Assembly (NCBI RefSeq): GCF_000143415.4
Contig: NW_003314271.1
Span: forward strand, 2,375,245 to 2,439,244
Length of the DNA: 64,000 bases
Source of the DNA: Selaginella moellendorffii
Lineage: Eukaryota > Plantae > Lycopodiophyta
Reading direction: 5' to 3'
A program made the translations under genes and the position numbers. The notes beneath the pieces were generated by a model. The model searched no databases. It was not told where the DNA came from and saw only the letters and a list, made by a program, of their open reading frames with translations. Below are positions 63,377 to 64,000 of this stretch, piece by piece. Position 1 is the stretch's first letter; every line of letters starts with the position of its first letter.

Positions 63377-64000
63377 CTAAGAAAAACAAATTGATGTTTT
63401 CCATTCCCATAAAATAGTATTTGGAAATTTCTCTGAATAAAGTTTTAGTTTACAATTATTTGAAACACTAAATAATGTTAGTAATACACAACCATTACTA
63501 GTTTTACAATTAGTATTAGTTTCCCATAAAGATTTTTTACCAGAGTATAAAACTAAATTACCATCTAATTGTAATAATAAAAAACAGTTAGAAAGCCTAT
63601 ATCTTGAAGTATTTGAATTCCAAATTAATATCTGTTGTGAGTAAAAAACTAAATTACATTTTAAATCTAAATATAAAATATTTTTACCATTTGAAGAAAT
63701 TAAAAAATTTTCTGGATATAAAATTGATGTTGAGAATAAAGTACTACTTCCTAAATTACATTTCTTATAAACATCATAATAGATATTATAGTTCTCGTTT
63801 GATATTTTTAAATTTAGAAGATCAGTATTATCTCTAACCAATTTATATTGTATAAAGTATCTATTGCTTTCTCGTTCAAAAAAATCTGATAATTCTTTAC
63901 TTAAAGCTGTAAGACTTTGCTGTAAAATATTATCAAAGCCACGTATTAAATTATCACCTAGCATATTATTTTCATTTGTGCATTCCTCTTTGATTTTCAT
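63377..64000 (-). CDS. Bulb-type (GNA) mannose-binding lectin domain ORF, very AT-rich, possibly 5'-truncated by the window edge
   Basis: FLISSNGK..CNLVFY..IWNSNT..CFLLLQLDGNLVLY..LWETNT (QxDxNxVxY motif). Confidence 0.7.
   Translation of the reverse strand: MKIKEECTNENNMLGDNLIRGFDNILQQSLTALSKELSDFFERESNRYFIQYKLVRDNTDLLNLKISNENYNIYYDVYKKCNLGSSTLFSTSILYPENFLISSNGKNILYLDLKCNLVFYSQQILIWNSNTSRYRLSNCFLLLQLDGNLVLYSGKKSLWETNTNCKTSNGCVLLTLFSVSNNCKLKLYSEKFPNTILWEWKTSICFS

Overview
Eukaryotic nuclear DNA from a land plant. The very compact genes, ~45-70 nt GT-AG introns, GC-rich exons and AT-rich CpG-depleted transposon blocks suggest a lycophyte such as Selaginella (inference, not verified). Layout: (1) 1-6.9 kb, decayed Gypsy LTR-retrotransposon debris plus a Dof-like zinc-finger pseudogene. 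(2) 7-45.7 kb, a gene-dense block: a frameshifted Cys-rich peptide gene, SCAR/WAVE, a plant zinc-binding DUF protein, ArfGAP (AGD14-like), an orphan ORF with a degenerate amino-DNA-methyltransferase-like C-terminus, a VQ protein, PET100, WDR5, a CIP7-like protein, CENP-O, APC4, PP2C, CCDC124, CWC22 and TOM1/TOM3. It includes three very tight head-to-head pairs. (3) 45.8-63 kb, a transposon cluster: a decayed Copia and a three-level nest (TRIM-like element > old Gypsy > young chromovirus). (4) An AT-rich bulb-lectin ORF at the right edge. Main finding: the young, apparently intact chromovirus (50424-57952; near-identical 1147-bp LTRs; ATGGC TSD) carries two host-sized GT-AG introns inside its integrase. 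One splits the HPQT-D-GQTER motif upstream of the catalytic glutamate, so full-length integrase/chromodomain could only come from spliced RNA, while the copy that transposed came from unspliced RNA. No rRNA, tRNA or CRISPR features were recognised. All calls were made by eye, without database searches.
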